Source of the DNA: Gammaproteobacteria bacterium | GTDB taxonomy: Bacteria > Pseudomonadota > Gammaproteobacteria > JBIOEC01 | Direction: 5' to 3' | Assembly: GCA_965279305.1 (NCBI GenBank) | Contig: OZ257143.1 | Location: forward strand, 1,170,001-1,202,000 | Length of the DNA stretch: 32,000 nucleotides | In this document: in pieces, positions 11,860-20,062 of the stretch | How positions within the stretch are numbered: position 1 is the stretch's first letter | Layout of the letters: every line of letters begins with the position of its first letter | The notes under the pieces: generated by a model | Database searches by the model: none | What the model was told of the DNA's origin: nothing | Seen by the model: only the letters and a program-made list of their open reading frames with translations | Translations under genes and position numbers: made by a program

Positions 11860-12240
11860 CTATTCAGTTTCTTCAATAGCACTCACAATCCATTCAATTT
11901 TAAATTTGTTGGGGAATAAACCTTGCATAATACCTATGCAATCATATCGCCAACAATATTCTTGTTCTTCATCATGATATTGTAAATACCATTCAGCTGT
12001 TTTTCGTATACGTTGTTGCTTTAGATGATTAATACTTTCAATAGCGGTTCCGTAGTAATCATTACTCCGGTAACGAACTTCCACAAATACTAGCGTATCC
12101 TGATCCTGCATAATTAAATCAATTTCACCATACTTACAAGAAAAATTCTTTCTGACCAAACGCATGCCCTTTTTTTGTAAATATCGGCAGGCAATGTCTT
12201 CAGCTTTATTACCTTTTTGTTGGCGAAGAGTAAATGGCAT
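11860..12240 (-). CDS. yraN: UPF0102 family protein YraN (predicted endonuclease fold)
   Basis: The product begins MPFTLRQQKGNKAEDIACRYLQKKGMRLV and contains GEIDLIMQD...LVFVEVRYR. The track ORF (to 12282) overshoots. ATG at 12240 forms a TAATG overlap with the lpoA stop, which indicates translational coupling. Confidence 0.8.
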   Translation of the reverse strand: MPFTLRQQKGNKAEDIACRYLQKKGMRLVRKNFSCKYGEIDLIMQDQDTLVFVEVRYRSNDYYGTAIESINHLKQQRIRKTAEWYLQYHDEEQEYCWRYDCIGIMQGLFPNKFKIEWIVSAIEETE

Positions 12241-14072
12241 TAATACCTTACTTGCGGTCTGCCTCCTTGGAATACCGCGCATTCTACTTGTCTGGCAATA
12301 TGGTTATCGTTGGTGACATATAATTCGCCTGTTACGCCGGTCATATAAACACCTTTTAAACTTTCTAATTTAGGTAATTGTATGCCTAAATGATACGCAT
12401 CCACACCTAAACCAAATAAACGGGCATGAGTTTGTGCGAGATTAGGCCATAGTTCATCAACTGTTGCATGAATTTGTGGCTCTGCCAATTTAGGCGTTAA
12501 GACCCAAGGCATATCGCAAAAATAAACACCATTCAAATCTTTATCAAGAGTCGTATTGGCTGGTAATCCGTATACACTGGATGTGGCATAAACAGTTAAA
12601 TTACCTGCATAATAAAAATCGAGTAATGGTTTTACTTGGCGTGCAGCGCTAGGGAATGCAGCTAAGAAAATCATATCTACGTCTTGTCTACTTACTGGTT
12701 TGGTATTTAATCGTTCTGTTTGTTCTTTGGTTAATTGTAAGCGTAAAGCATATCGAACCACAAAACCCATATTATCTTTAGGTTCAAATACGACACGGCT
12801 TTTTACGTCGCCACCTAAATCAAGCCATTCATCAATAAATGCTTGGCTAGTTCGTCTTCCCCATTCGTCATCTTGAGCAATAATTAAAGCATCTCGTTTA
12901 CCTTGTTTGTAAGCAAATTTGGCCGCTTCTCTTGCTTCATCTTCGGGTGCTAAACCAAATTCGTACAATTGGTTTTTATGACGATTTTTTTCGTTTAAAT
13001 AATTCAGGGATAATACAGGCACTGGCAAACTGCTTAAAGCATTAATTTTTGAAACCGCGGGTTTGGTTAATGGTCCAATCACTAAATCGACACCGTCATT
13101 GATAGCATTTTGATAAGCTTCAATTACGTTGGTATCTCCTTGGGTATCATAAGTGGTGATGCTAATGCTTTGACCGGTTTTGTTTTGGTTTGCATTATTA
13201 GCGGTGGTAATCGCATCTTGAATGCTGGTTCCATTTTCAGCTAATTTTCCTGAGACAGGAAGCAATAAACCTATTTTTTGATACGAGCTAGAGCCTGATA
13301 ACGATCTGGTCGGTCTTTCTTTATTATCTTTAATTACGCTGAGTGCGGGGTGATAAGGATAATTTCTTTTCCATTGTTGAAGCTGTTGGTTAAGTTCACT
13401 GGAATTTGAATATTCATCTAAAATAACACCTAGCGATAACCAACCATCTAATGTGCTGCCTGAATTTTGCTGCGCACTTTCTAAAGTGCTGACAGGAAGG
13501 CTTAGCACTAAATCTAACGTTTTCTGACGGTTTTGTAATTTTCCATTTTCACTGGTTAATAAGCTATCTAAAACCACGCGTTCTTGTATGGCTGTCATGG
13601 CATCGCCATATTGTTCATAAAGATGCGCGCGCAATTCATGATAAATCATTTGAATAGTGGGAGTAATCTCAGTTGGCGCTGTTAATCCATCTAAGTCTTG
13701 TAAAGCTTCTTCTATATTGCCTTGTTGGCGTTCGATATCAATATTCACAAGGCTCATTAAATAGAAATTTTGTGGAGTCAGTACGGCTCTATTAATACTA
13801 TTCATTAATGATTGGGCTTCAGCAATTTGCTCTTGCTCCACTAGTAAATAAGCGGCTTGTAACTGAAAGTATTCTTTTTCAGGGCTTTGGCTGATTTCAG
13901 CTTTTTGGCGTAGTTGATTAAGCGTATCTTGAGTAACCAAATGTTCCGAGCCCTCAGGCGGGGTAGGAAAATAATTAGGGTTAAAGTATTCTTTAGGGCC
14001 ACAGCCTATTAGGCTGCTGATTAAGCATAAGCTGCATATTAATGAGATAATGGTTTTTTGGGTGGCGTTCAT
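12240..14072 (-). CDS. lpoA: Penicillin-binding protein activator lipoprotein LpoA (YraM)
   Basis: A lipobox LIGC is present. An N-terminal helical/TPR-like half is followed by a C-terminal periplasmic-binding-protein-like half. Synteny lpoA-yraN-diaA-dolP divergent from rsmI matches E. coli. Confidence 0.8.
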   Translation of the reverse strand: MNATQKTIISLICSLCLISSLIGCGPKEYFNPNYFPTPPEGSEHLVTQDTLNQLRQKAEISQSPEKEYFQLQAAYLLVEQEQIAEAQSLMNSINRAVLTPQNFYLMSLVNIDIERQQGNIEEALQDLDGLTAPTEITPTIQMIYHELRAHLYEQYGDAMTAIQERVVLDSLLTSENGKLQNRQKTLDLVLSLPVSTLESAQQNSGSTLDGWLSLGVILDEYSNSSELNQQLQQWKRNYPYHPALSVIKDNKERPTRSLSGSSSYQKIGLLLPVSGKLAENGTSIQDAITTANNANQNKTGQSISITTYDTQGDTNVIEAYQNAINDGVDLVIGPLTKPAVSKINALSSLPVPVLSLNYLNEKNRHKNQLYEFGLAPEDEAREAAKFAYKQGKRDALIIAQDDEWGRRTSQAFIDEWLDLGGDVKSRVVFEPKDNMGFVVRYALRLQLTKEQTERLNTKPVSRQDVDMIFLAAFPSAARQVKPLLDFYYAGNLTVYATSSVYGLPANTTLDKDLNGVYFCDMPWVLTPKLAEPQIHATVDELWPNLAQTHARLFGLGVDAYHLGIQLPKLESLKGVYMTGVTGELYVTNDNHIARQVECAVFQGGRPQVRY

Positions 14073-14136
14073 GCTGTTATTTTAGCGTATTATTATTGAA
14101 TTGCCTATTGATTATGGCATAAGTTCAGGAGAATGT

Positions 14137-14994
14137 ATGGGTAGCGGTAAACTCTATATTGTGGCCACCCCTTTGGGTAATTTAGGTGATATCACTCAGC
14201 GGGCTTTAAGTACCTTAAATGAGGTAGATAAAGTGATTGCTGAGGATACTCGCCATTCCGGTAGGCTGTTACAGCATTTTGGGATCAGTAAACCACTGAT
14301 AGCCTTACATACTCATAACGAACAAGACCAAAGCGAGAAGCTGCTGCAGGAACTAAAAAAGGGCATAAATTTTGCGCTAGTCAGTGATGCAGGCACTCCT
14401 TTAATTAGTGATCCCGGTTATCGTTTAGTGCAAATGGCACATGAGCAGGGCATTGTAGTGTCGCCTATTCCAGGACCTTGTGCAGCTATTGCCGCCCTTA
14501 GTGCATTAGGTTTGCCATGCCAAGAATTTGTGTTTGTAGGGTTTTTACCAGCTAAATCCTCTCAACGCGAGCAGGAATTACAAGAGTGGATTAACAACAC
14601 GAGAACCGTAGTGTTTTATGAAGCGCCTCATCGTATTATAAAAACGCTAGAATCCTGCGTAAAAGTATTAGGAAGCGATCGTTTAGCGGGAATTGCACGC
14701 GAAATAACCAAAGCCTATGAAACGATTAAAACAGGTACTTTATCAGAATTATTAGCATGGATAACGAACGATACAGATCAACAACGCGGTGAATTTGTAT
14801 TAGTGATTGCCGGTGTTGATAAAGTAGAAAGTTCAGCCGATGGACAGCAAGCAGAAATTATTTTAAAAAAATTATTAGCGGAGTTATCGTTAAATCAAGC
14901 AGTACGTTTATGCGTTTCTCTCACCGGCCAACCCAAAAATAAAGTCTACGCCTTAGCTTTATCTATTCAAAAAAATACTGATGAAATCATCTGA
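14137..14994 (+). CDS. rsmI: 16S rRNA (cytidine1402-2'-O)-methyltransferase RsmI
   Basis: GKLYIVATPLGNLGDITQRAL and DAGTPLISDPGYRLV are present (tetrapyrrole-methylase fold). The track start TTG14101 overshoots. AGGAGA precedes ATG14137. Confidence 0.9.
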   Translation: MGSGKLYIVATPLGNLGDITQRALSTLNEVDKVIAEDTRHSGRLLQHFGISKPLIALHTHNEQDQSEKLLQELKKGINFALVSDAGTPLISDPGYRLVQMAHEQGIVVSPIPGPCAAIAALSALGLPCQEFVFVGFLPAKSSQREQELQEWINNTRTVVFYEAPHRIIKTLESCVKVLGSDRLAGIAREITKAYETIKTGTLSELLAWITNDTDQQRGEFVLVIAGVDKVESSADGQQAEIILKKLLAELSLNQAVRLCVSLTGQPKNKVYALALSIQKNTDEII

Positions 14995-14998
14995 TTAT

Positions 14999-15397
14999 TT
15001 AATTGAGTAGTTCGAAGTGTTCGAGTTTGGAGGCTTTTTTATCGAAGGTAAAAGTATAGTCGCAACCCTGTTTAGCGTTTAAATGCGTAATATAATGATC
15101 GGCAAAATCAGCGGTTTTATTTTTATAGCCATGCAATGCTTGCCAGATGATCTCTGGGTTGTGGATTTCAAACTGGCGGGTAGTAAGGATTTTTTCCAAT
15201 ACTTTTACTATGAGGGCTCTTTCATACCCATAAGCGCTTTCCAATACCCAAACCAACTCGCAGAATACAACTTCATTAATAAATCCAGGTGTTTCTGTTG
15301 TGCATTCTTCTTCAATAAAACGAATGGCCTGCTTGCTTTGGACAGGGTCATCTTGGACGAGATAGCGTACCAAGACATTGGTATCTATGCCTTTCAT
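14999..15397 (-). CDS. vapC: PIN-domain ribonuclease toxin VapC
   Basis: The N-terminal MKGIDTNVLVRYL carries the PIN acidic motif. The product is about 130 aa. An ATGA overlap links it to the upstream antitoxin gene. Confidence 0.85.
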   Translation of the reverse strand: MKGIDTNVLVRYLVQDDPVQSKQAIRFIEEECTTETPGFINEVVFCELVWVLESAYGYERALIVKVLEKILTTRQFEIHNPEIIWQALHGYKNKTADFADHYITHLNAKQGCDYTFTFDKKASKLEHFELLN

Positions 15398-15633
15398 AAA
15401 GAACCGCCTCGCTTGGTAATAGCTTGATTCATTTGTTCAATACTGACTATTTTCTTAGGCTTAGGAAGTAAACCTTTGAGTTCGGTTACGTCAGTAGTTA
15501 GGGGCTTTATTATCACTTCTCCTTCTTCGGCAATAAGAAACTCTAATCTATCGCCCGTATGTAAGCCCAAATATGCTCGAATATCCTGAGGAATAGTAGT
15601 TTGACCTTTGCTGGTTAGGGTGGCAATAGACAT
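15394..15633 (-). CDS. vapB: AbrB/SpoVT-family antitoxin VapB
   Basis: The 79-aa product contains LTSKGQTTIPQDIRAYLGLHTGDRLEF, a swapped-hairpin AbrB/MazE-type DNA-binding motif. An SD AAGGA lies 6 nt upstream. The gene is coupled to vapC. Confidence 0.8.
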   Translation of the reverse strand: MSIATLTSKGQTTIPQDIRAYLGLHTGDRLEFLIAEEGEVIIKPLTTDVTELKGLLPKPKKIVSIEQMNQAITKRGGSL

Positions 15634-15640
15634 GTGTTAT

Positions 15641-15692
15641 CCTTACATTTATTTATATTCCTTATTATAGAGTAAGGAGGCATGAAAGGCAA
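15641..15692 (-). promoter_or_regulatory. Candidate vapBC promoter with overlapping operator-like repeats
   Basis: On the minus strand the promoter reads TTGCCT (15692-15687), 17 nt, then TATAAT (15669-15664). An inverted repeat TCCTTA (15659-15664), 8 nt, TAAGGA (15673-15678) spans the -10. An extra CCTTA half-site lies at 15641-15645. Confidence 0.4.
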
Positions 15693-15722
15693 GTTATGAG
15701 TCCGCCTTTTTGGGGTTATCAA

Positions 15723-15731
15723 TGTTATAAT
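15723..15731 (+). promoter_or_regulatory. Candidate extended -10 promoter of rnpB
   Basis: TGtTATAAT lies at 15723-15731, placing the expected start about 7 nt downstream at G15738. That is exactly where homology to the E. coli M1 RNA 5' end (GAAG...) begins. Confidence 0.45.
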
Positions 15732-15737
15732 AGGGGT

Positions 15738-16110
15738 GAAGATTAGCTAGGCAGTCGCTGCTTTACGAAAGTAGGGTGGAGGAAAGTCCGGGCTCCATAG
15801 GGCAGAGTGCCAGGTAACGCCTGGGGATAATGGTTTAAGCTATTATTACGGCCAGTGCCACAGAGAATATACCGCCTGGCGTAAGTTAGGTAAGGGTGAA
15901 AAGGTGCGGTAAGAGCGCACCGCGGGGCGGGTAACCGTCCTGGCAGGGTAAACCCCACTTGGAGCAAGACCAAATAAGAGCCTGTGAGCGCAAGCTCAGA
16001 ACGCGGCCCGCGTTTGAGGTTCGGGTAGGTTGCTACAGCGTGACGGCGACGTCGCGCGCAGATGAATGACTGTCCACGACAGAACCCGGCTTATCGGCTA
16101 GTCTTCATTT
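15738..16110 (+). ncRNA. rnpB: RNase P RNA, bacterial type A (M1 RNA)
   Basis: The conserved cores are near-identical to E. coli rnpB: GGAGGAAAGTCCGGGCTCCATAGGGCAG.GTGCCAGGTAACGCCTGGGG, GGTAAGGGTGAAA.GGTGCGGTAAGAGCGCACCGC, and AGATGAATGACTGTCCACGACAGAACCCGGCTTATCGG. P1 is closed by GAAGATTAGC (5') pairing with GCTAGTCTTC (3'). The track ORF 15743..15973(-) lies inside it and is spurious. Confidence 0.95.
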
Positions 16111-16193
16111 ATTCTGAGAGATCTTTGCAAGCTTTTATAATAAGGCTTCGTTTGAGATATCTCGCAAGATGAAGTGAATTCATCTTGCTCGGA

Positions 16194-16233
16194 TGCAAAA
16201 GGGGGGAGACATCCTTCTCTCCCCCCTTTTGCA
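16194..16233 (+). terminator. Rho-independent (bidirectional-type) terminator after rnpB
   Basis: A perfect 16-bp stem joins TGCAAAAGGGGGGAGA (16194-16209) and TCTCCCCCCTTTTGCA (16218-16233) around an 8-nt loop. The G/C core is followed by TTTT (16227-16230). A separate 10-bp hairpin GCAAGATGAA/TTCATCTTGC lies just upstream at 16164-16188. Confidence 0.7.
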
Positions 16234-16264
16234 AAACCCCCCATCGGAAGGGATAAGGATAGTT

Positions 16265-16852
16265 ATGCGGATATTTACAAAAATTTATGCAAAGTTGATG
16301 GTGTGGGCGCGTCATAAGCATGCAGCCTATTATTTAGGCATCCTCAGTTTTTTCGAATCTAATATTTCTCCTATTCTTCCTGACGTGATGCTAGGCCCTA
16401 TGGCGTTAGCGCATCCTGAGAAAGCGTGGCGATATGCGTTTATTACGACAGCAACCGGTGTTGCAGGTGGTATTGCGGCGTATTTTGTGGGCTTATGGGC
16501 ATTCGCTCCTTTTGTAGAACCCATGATTCAATTTTTTGGTTGGGATGAATCGTATGCTGAAGTACGTGATTGGTTGAATGAAGAAGTAATATGGGTGATT
16601 TTATTTGCTTGTTTAACTCCAACACCATACAAAGTATTTGCTTTTGCTGCGGGTAGTGTAGCTTTTGATTTTCCGGGTTTTATTGTGGCGTCATTTTTAG
16701 ATAGAGGAATGCGTTTTTACGCCGTGGCGGGTTTTATGTTATGGGGTGGCGAACGTTTTGAGCGTCAATTAGTGCGTTATATGGAATGGATCGGCTGGGG
16801 ATTAATTGCTCTATTGGTAGGAGGATATGTTATTTATCGATGGCTAATGTAA
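16265..16852 (+). CDS. YqaA-family (DedA/VTT-type) inner-membrane protein
   Basis: This multi-TM protein contains SFFESNISPILPDVMLGPMAL, a motif typical of YqaA/SNARE-associated-domain proteins. The track start 16193 lies inside the rnpB terminator. ATG16265 is preceded by AAGGA (16255-16259). Confidence 0.7.
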   Translation: MRIFTKIYAKLMVWARHKHAAYYLGILSFFESNISPILPDVMLGPMALAHPEKAWRYAFITTATGVAGGIAAYFVGLWAFAPFVEPMIQFFGWDESYAEVRDWLNEEVIWVILFACLTPTPYKVFAFAAGSVAFDFPGFIVASFLDRGMRFYAVAGFMLWGGERFERQLVRYMEWIGWGLIALLVGGYVIYRWLM

Positions 16853-17583
16853 TCCACTCCCTAGGAATATTGGTAATATCTTTTATCTTGACGGCCTGCG
16901 GTGGAGCAAATTACGCATCGGTGCGTGATGCTATTCCTGCTAATGAAAATTCACCCGCGCAAATTCAAACACTTTCCGAAAATAATCCCGCACCTCCTGT
17001 GCTTTATTCTCAAACTAATAATACCTCGGGTTTTAATACGGCTTACACAGAGCCGGTTATTGTAGAAACGACTACAACAAATGAATCAGCAGAAACAGAA
17101 CAAACACCTCCGCCTGTTGTATATTCTGAATCTACAGAAACATCACCTCCTGTTGTAGAAAAAGCGCCACCTCCAGCACCAGCACCTGTAGTAGCACCCA
17201 CGATTTCTCCGGATGCTGGAAAATCAAAATGGATTTGGCCTAGCCCTGGTAAAGTGTTGAGAGGATTTAGTACACAAAATAAAGGATTAGATATTCAAGG
17301 AAAAAGAGGTGATCCGGTTTACGCTTCTGCAGAAGGGAAAGTCGTGTATAGTGGTACGGGATTACGTGGTTATGGTCAGTTAGTGATCATAAAACATAGT
17401 GCAGATTATGTAACCGCGTATGCGCATAATAGTGCAGTATTAGTTGAAGAAGGTGATTCAGTAAAACAAGGCCAGAAAATAGCTGAGATTGGTGATAGTG
17501 GTACTGATAGCGTGAAATTATATTTTGAGTTACGCTACAAAGGAAAACCAGTAGATCCAATAAAATATTTACCTAAGAGGTAA
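16840..17583 (+). CDS. nlpD: Lipoprotein NlpD (degenerate LytM/M23 domain, amidase activator type)
   Basis: A lipobox LTAC follows MANVIHSLGILVISFI. The C-terminal NKGLDIQGKRGDPVYASAEGKVVYSG..LRGYGQLVIIKHSADYVTAYAHNS...KLYFELRYKGKPVDPIKYLPKR closely parallels E. coli NlpD. The position immediately upstream of rpoS is canonical. The track start 16786 overshoots. The gene overlaps the yqaA-like gene by 13 nt. Confidence 0.85.
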   Translation: MANVIHSLGILVISFILTACGGANYASVRDAIPANENSPAQIQTLSENNPAPPVLYSQTNNTSGFNTAYTEPVIVETTTTNESAETEQTPPPVVYSESTETSPPVVEKAPPPAPAPVVAPTISPDAGKSKWIWPSPGKVLRGFSTQNKGLDIQGKRGDPVYASAEGKVVYSGTGLRGYGQLVIIKHSADYVTAYAHNSAVLVEEGDSVKQGQKIAEIGDSGTDSVKLYFELRYKGKPVDPIKYLPKR

Positions 17584-17623
17584 ATTTTAGGTATGATGTG
17601 CAAAACATGGATGGGAATATATT

Positions 17624-18643
17624 ATGAGAAAGAAAAATGACATGGAAGAAGCTGTTTTAGAAGAATTACCCGCTGATTTTGAAGAGTATGCAACTGACTT
17701 AGACGATGACGAGGAAGAAGAAACAGTTTTAGAAGTAGATGCTGAAACTGAAGAATTTGATGAAGCTCTTCGTAATGGCCCTCAATGGAAAGGAAATGCT
17801 CGTAATAAAAATTACGATGCTACGCAAATGTATTTAGGAGAGATTGGTTTTTCTCCTTTATTAAGCGCAGAAGAAGAAGTTCATTTTGCACGTTTGGCAT
17901 TGAAAGGTGATATTAGCGCACGTAAACGAATGATTGAAAGTAATTTACGTTTAGTGGTAAAAATTGCGCGTCGCTATATTAATCGTGGATTGCCTTTACT
18001 CGATTTAATTGAAGAAGGAAATTTAGGTTTAATTCGCGCGGTGGAAAAATTTGATCCTGAAAGAGGTTTTCGTTTTTCTACTTATGCTACGTGGTGGATC
18101 CGTCAAACGATTGAACGTGCGATCATGAATCAAACGCGAACCATTCGTTTACCTATACATGTAGTAAAAGAATTAAATATTTATTTAAAAGCGGCCAGAG
18201 AATTAACACAAACATTAGATCATGAACCTACGCCGGAAGAAATTGCGGATTTATTAGATAGACCCATCGAAGATGTGAAAAAAATGTTGGGCTTAAATGA
18301 ATGTATTGTTACTTCCGTAGAAGATCCTTTAGGTAATAATTCAGATAAAACATTATTTGATACCTTGGCTGATGATCCAAGTCGTGATCCTGCTAATTTG
18401 CTGCAAGATGAAAATTTACGTGAATCCATTGATGCATGGTTAACGGAATTATCAGAAAAACAGCGTGATGTAGTGGTCAGACGATTTGGTTTATACGGAC
18501 ATGAAACATCTACACTAGAAGAGGTCGGTAAACAAATTGGTTTAACCCGAGAAAGAGTGAGACAAATTCAAGTAGAAGCCTTAAAGCGTTTACGAGAAAT
18601 TCTAGAAGAACATGGCTTATCCGAAGAGACGTTATTCGAATAA
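17624..18643 (+). CDS. rpoS: Stationary-phase/stress RNA polymerase sigma factor RpoS
   Basis: [65 protein letters not shown] and region 4 [24 protein letters not shown] are present. The N-terminus is acidic. nlpD-rpoS synteny is conserved. Confidence 0.93.
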   Translation: MRKKNDMEEAVLEELPADFEEYATDLDDDEEEETVLEVDAETEEFDEALRNGPQWKGNARNKNYDATQMYLGEIGFSPLLSAEEEVHFARLALKGDISARKRMIESNLRLVVKIARRYINRGLPLLDLIEEGNLGLIRAVEKFDPERGFRFSTYATWWIRQTIERAIMNQTRTIRLPIHVVKELNIYLKAARELTQTLDHEPTPEEIADLLDRPIEDVKKMLGLNECIVTSVEDPLGNNSDKTLFDTLADDPSRDPANLLQDENLRESIDAWLTELSEKQRDVVVRRFGLYGHETSTLEEVGKQIGLTRERVRQIQVEALKRLREILEEHGLSEETLFE

Positions 18644-18665
18644 AGTGTTAGCTTTTAGAGAGAGT

Positions 18666-18693
18666 TTGTTATATGACTAATTTGGTGTATAAT
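18666..18693 (+). promoter_or_regulatory. Candidate sigma70 promoter for the LRR gene
   Basis: TTGTTA (18666-18671), 16 nt, then TATAAT (18688-18693) in the 79-nt rpoS-LRR spacer. No terminator hairpin is visible after rpoS. Confidence 0.3.
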
Positions 18694-18722
18694 CAGTAGT
18701 ATATACACTAAATAGGTTATTT

Positions 18723-19940
18723 ATGTCACGATTTACTGATTTTTTCAACAGTATTCAGGCTCAGGCATTAGCTGCGCAATCTGAACAATGCCGGTTAGGG
18801 TTGGATTTAGATCTCAGTATAGAGGCTGGGTTTTCTGATGCAGAAGTCCAAGAGTTAGCCGAAGGATTATCCTCACTTCCTACCAATATAGAATTTAAAT
18901 CTTTTACCTTAAGAAACAGCAGTCTTTCAGCTACACAAATGAAGATCTTGGCTCCTGTTCTTAAAGGCTTATATATTTCATATTTGGATCTTTCGAATAA
19001 CCAAATAGGCCCTGAAGGCGCTCTTGCTCTTGCTAAAGCGCTAGAGAAAGGCGTGGTTAAAAGACTGCCATTTGAGAATAATCTTTCTTATTTAAATCTG
19101 GCTAATAACCATATAGGTGCAAAAGGATTCTCTGCACTCGAAAAAAGCTGGAATTTATATGGTTCAAACCTTCCTATTTTTTTTAGAATACCTCGACACC
19201 TTGATTTTTCTGGTAGTAGAATAGTTTCTTTAAATCTAGAAGGTAATTTAATGAGCGAGGAATTACCAGAAATATGGAAAATAGTAGGATCTTTACCTTT
19301 AGTTCAGTTGAATATTAAGGGTGCGCCTATTTCAGCAGAGCTTGCAAAAGAATTAGCTAAATCCATTTCTCATACCGGCATTGTCGAACTTTTATATGAT
19401 ATGGATGTTAATGGCAGCCATGCTGTAGAGGCAAAAGAATGGCTTGGTAAAGCCATACACAATAACCAAGAAAAAGCTGAACGTTTATATGAAGAAGGTA
19501 TGATGTATATTCGAGGAGAGCCAAATTCATTAGGCAATGTTCAACATTTATTGCATTCCCGAGCAAAGCCTCTGTTTTTGGATCCTCAAGCATCAACTGA
19601 TTTGTTAATGATTGAAGCCATAAAAGCGGGTAAAGACAAATTAGTCGTTATGTTAGATGAATACGCAGTAAGACAAAATTATTCAAATGCTTTGGTCGAA
19701 CAACCGGGGCGTGAAAATCTAAACGCATTTTATTATGCTGCTCGTTCAGATAATCATATTATTCGAAAAATATTTGGATTGAGGGCTTCATCGCCTGCGC
19801 AAGAAAATCGCGTTCAATCCGTTCGAACATTTTTTACCCATCTAAGAACATCACTTGCCCGCGCACGTTTGGGTGGAACCTCAGAAGAAGCCAGACCTTT
19901 AGTTCCTAGAGAACCTGGATCTTCTGCTCATCCTCATTAA
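18723..19940 (+). CDS. Eukaryotic-like leucine-rich-repeat protein (ribonuclease-inhibitor/NLR-type LRRs) with ankyrin-like C-terminal region
   Basis: Repeats match the RI-type pattern LxxLxLxxNxIGxxGaxaLaxaL: ISYLDLSNNQIGPEGALALAKALEKG, LSYLNLANNHIGAKGFSALEKSW, IVSLNLEGNLMSEELPEIWKIV and LVQLNIKGAPISAELAKELAKSI. Downstream segments DLLMIEAIKAGKDKLVVMLDEYA and NAFYYAARSDNHIIRKIFGL resemble ANK helices. No signal peptide is present. Confidence 0.75.
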   Translation: MSRFTDFFNSIQAQALAAQSEQCRLGLDLDLSIEAGFSDAEVQELAEGLSSLPTNIEFKSFTLRNSSLSATQMKILAPVLKGLYISYLDLSNNQIGPEGALALAKALEKGVVKRLPFENNLSYLNLANNHIGAKGFSALEKSWNLYGSNLPIFFRIPRHLDFSGSRIVSLNLEGNLMSEELPEIWKIVGSLPLVQLNIKGAPISAELAKELAKSISHTGIVELLYDMDVNGSHAVEAKEWLGKAIHNNQEKAERLYEEGMMYIRGEPNSLGNVQHLLHSRAKPLFLDPQASTDLLMIEAIKAGKDKLVVMLDEYAVRQNYSNALVEQPGRENLNAFYYAARSDNHIIRKIFGLRASSPAQENRVQSVRTFFTHLRTSLARARLGGTSEEARPLVPREPGSSAHPH

Positions 19941-20062
19941 AATAGCAAACTAACTTTATCTCTTCCTACCGATAGATATTTTTTTTTAAGAATATTTTCT
20001 AGTATTTGCAAATTAACTTCTGTAGAATGTTTTAGATTAGCATTTTGCTTTAGGAGATTCGT

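Noticed and set aside
15743-15973. 76-aa ORF on the minus strand
   Set aside because: It lies entirely inside the RNase P RNA gene, which is unambiguously identified from its conserved cores. The ORF is spurious.
16109-16628. Minus-strand ORFs 16109..16321, 16330..16524 and 16443..16628, and the track start 16193 for the yqaA-like gene
   Set aside because: They run through the rnpB terminator palindrome or lie antisense to a well-formed multi-TM gene. The 16193 start would place a coding region inside a 16-bp terminator stem, whereas ATG16265 has an SD.
19880-19940. The C-terminus of the LRR protein (…PLVPREPGSSAHPH) superficially resembles a vector-derived thrombin-site/His-tag linker (LVPRGS…H)
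   Set aside because: It is not an exact LVPRGS site and there is no His6 run. No vector-like flanking sequence is present. Codon usage matches the rest of the gene. I judge it coincidental.
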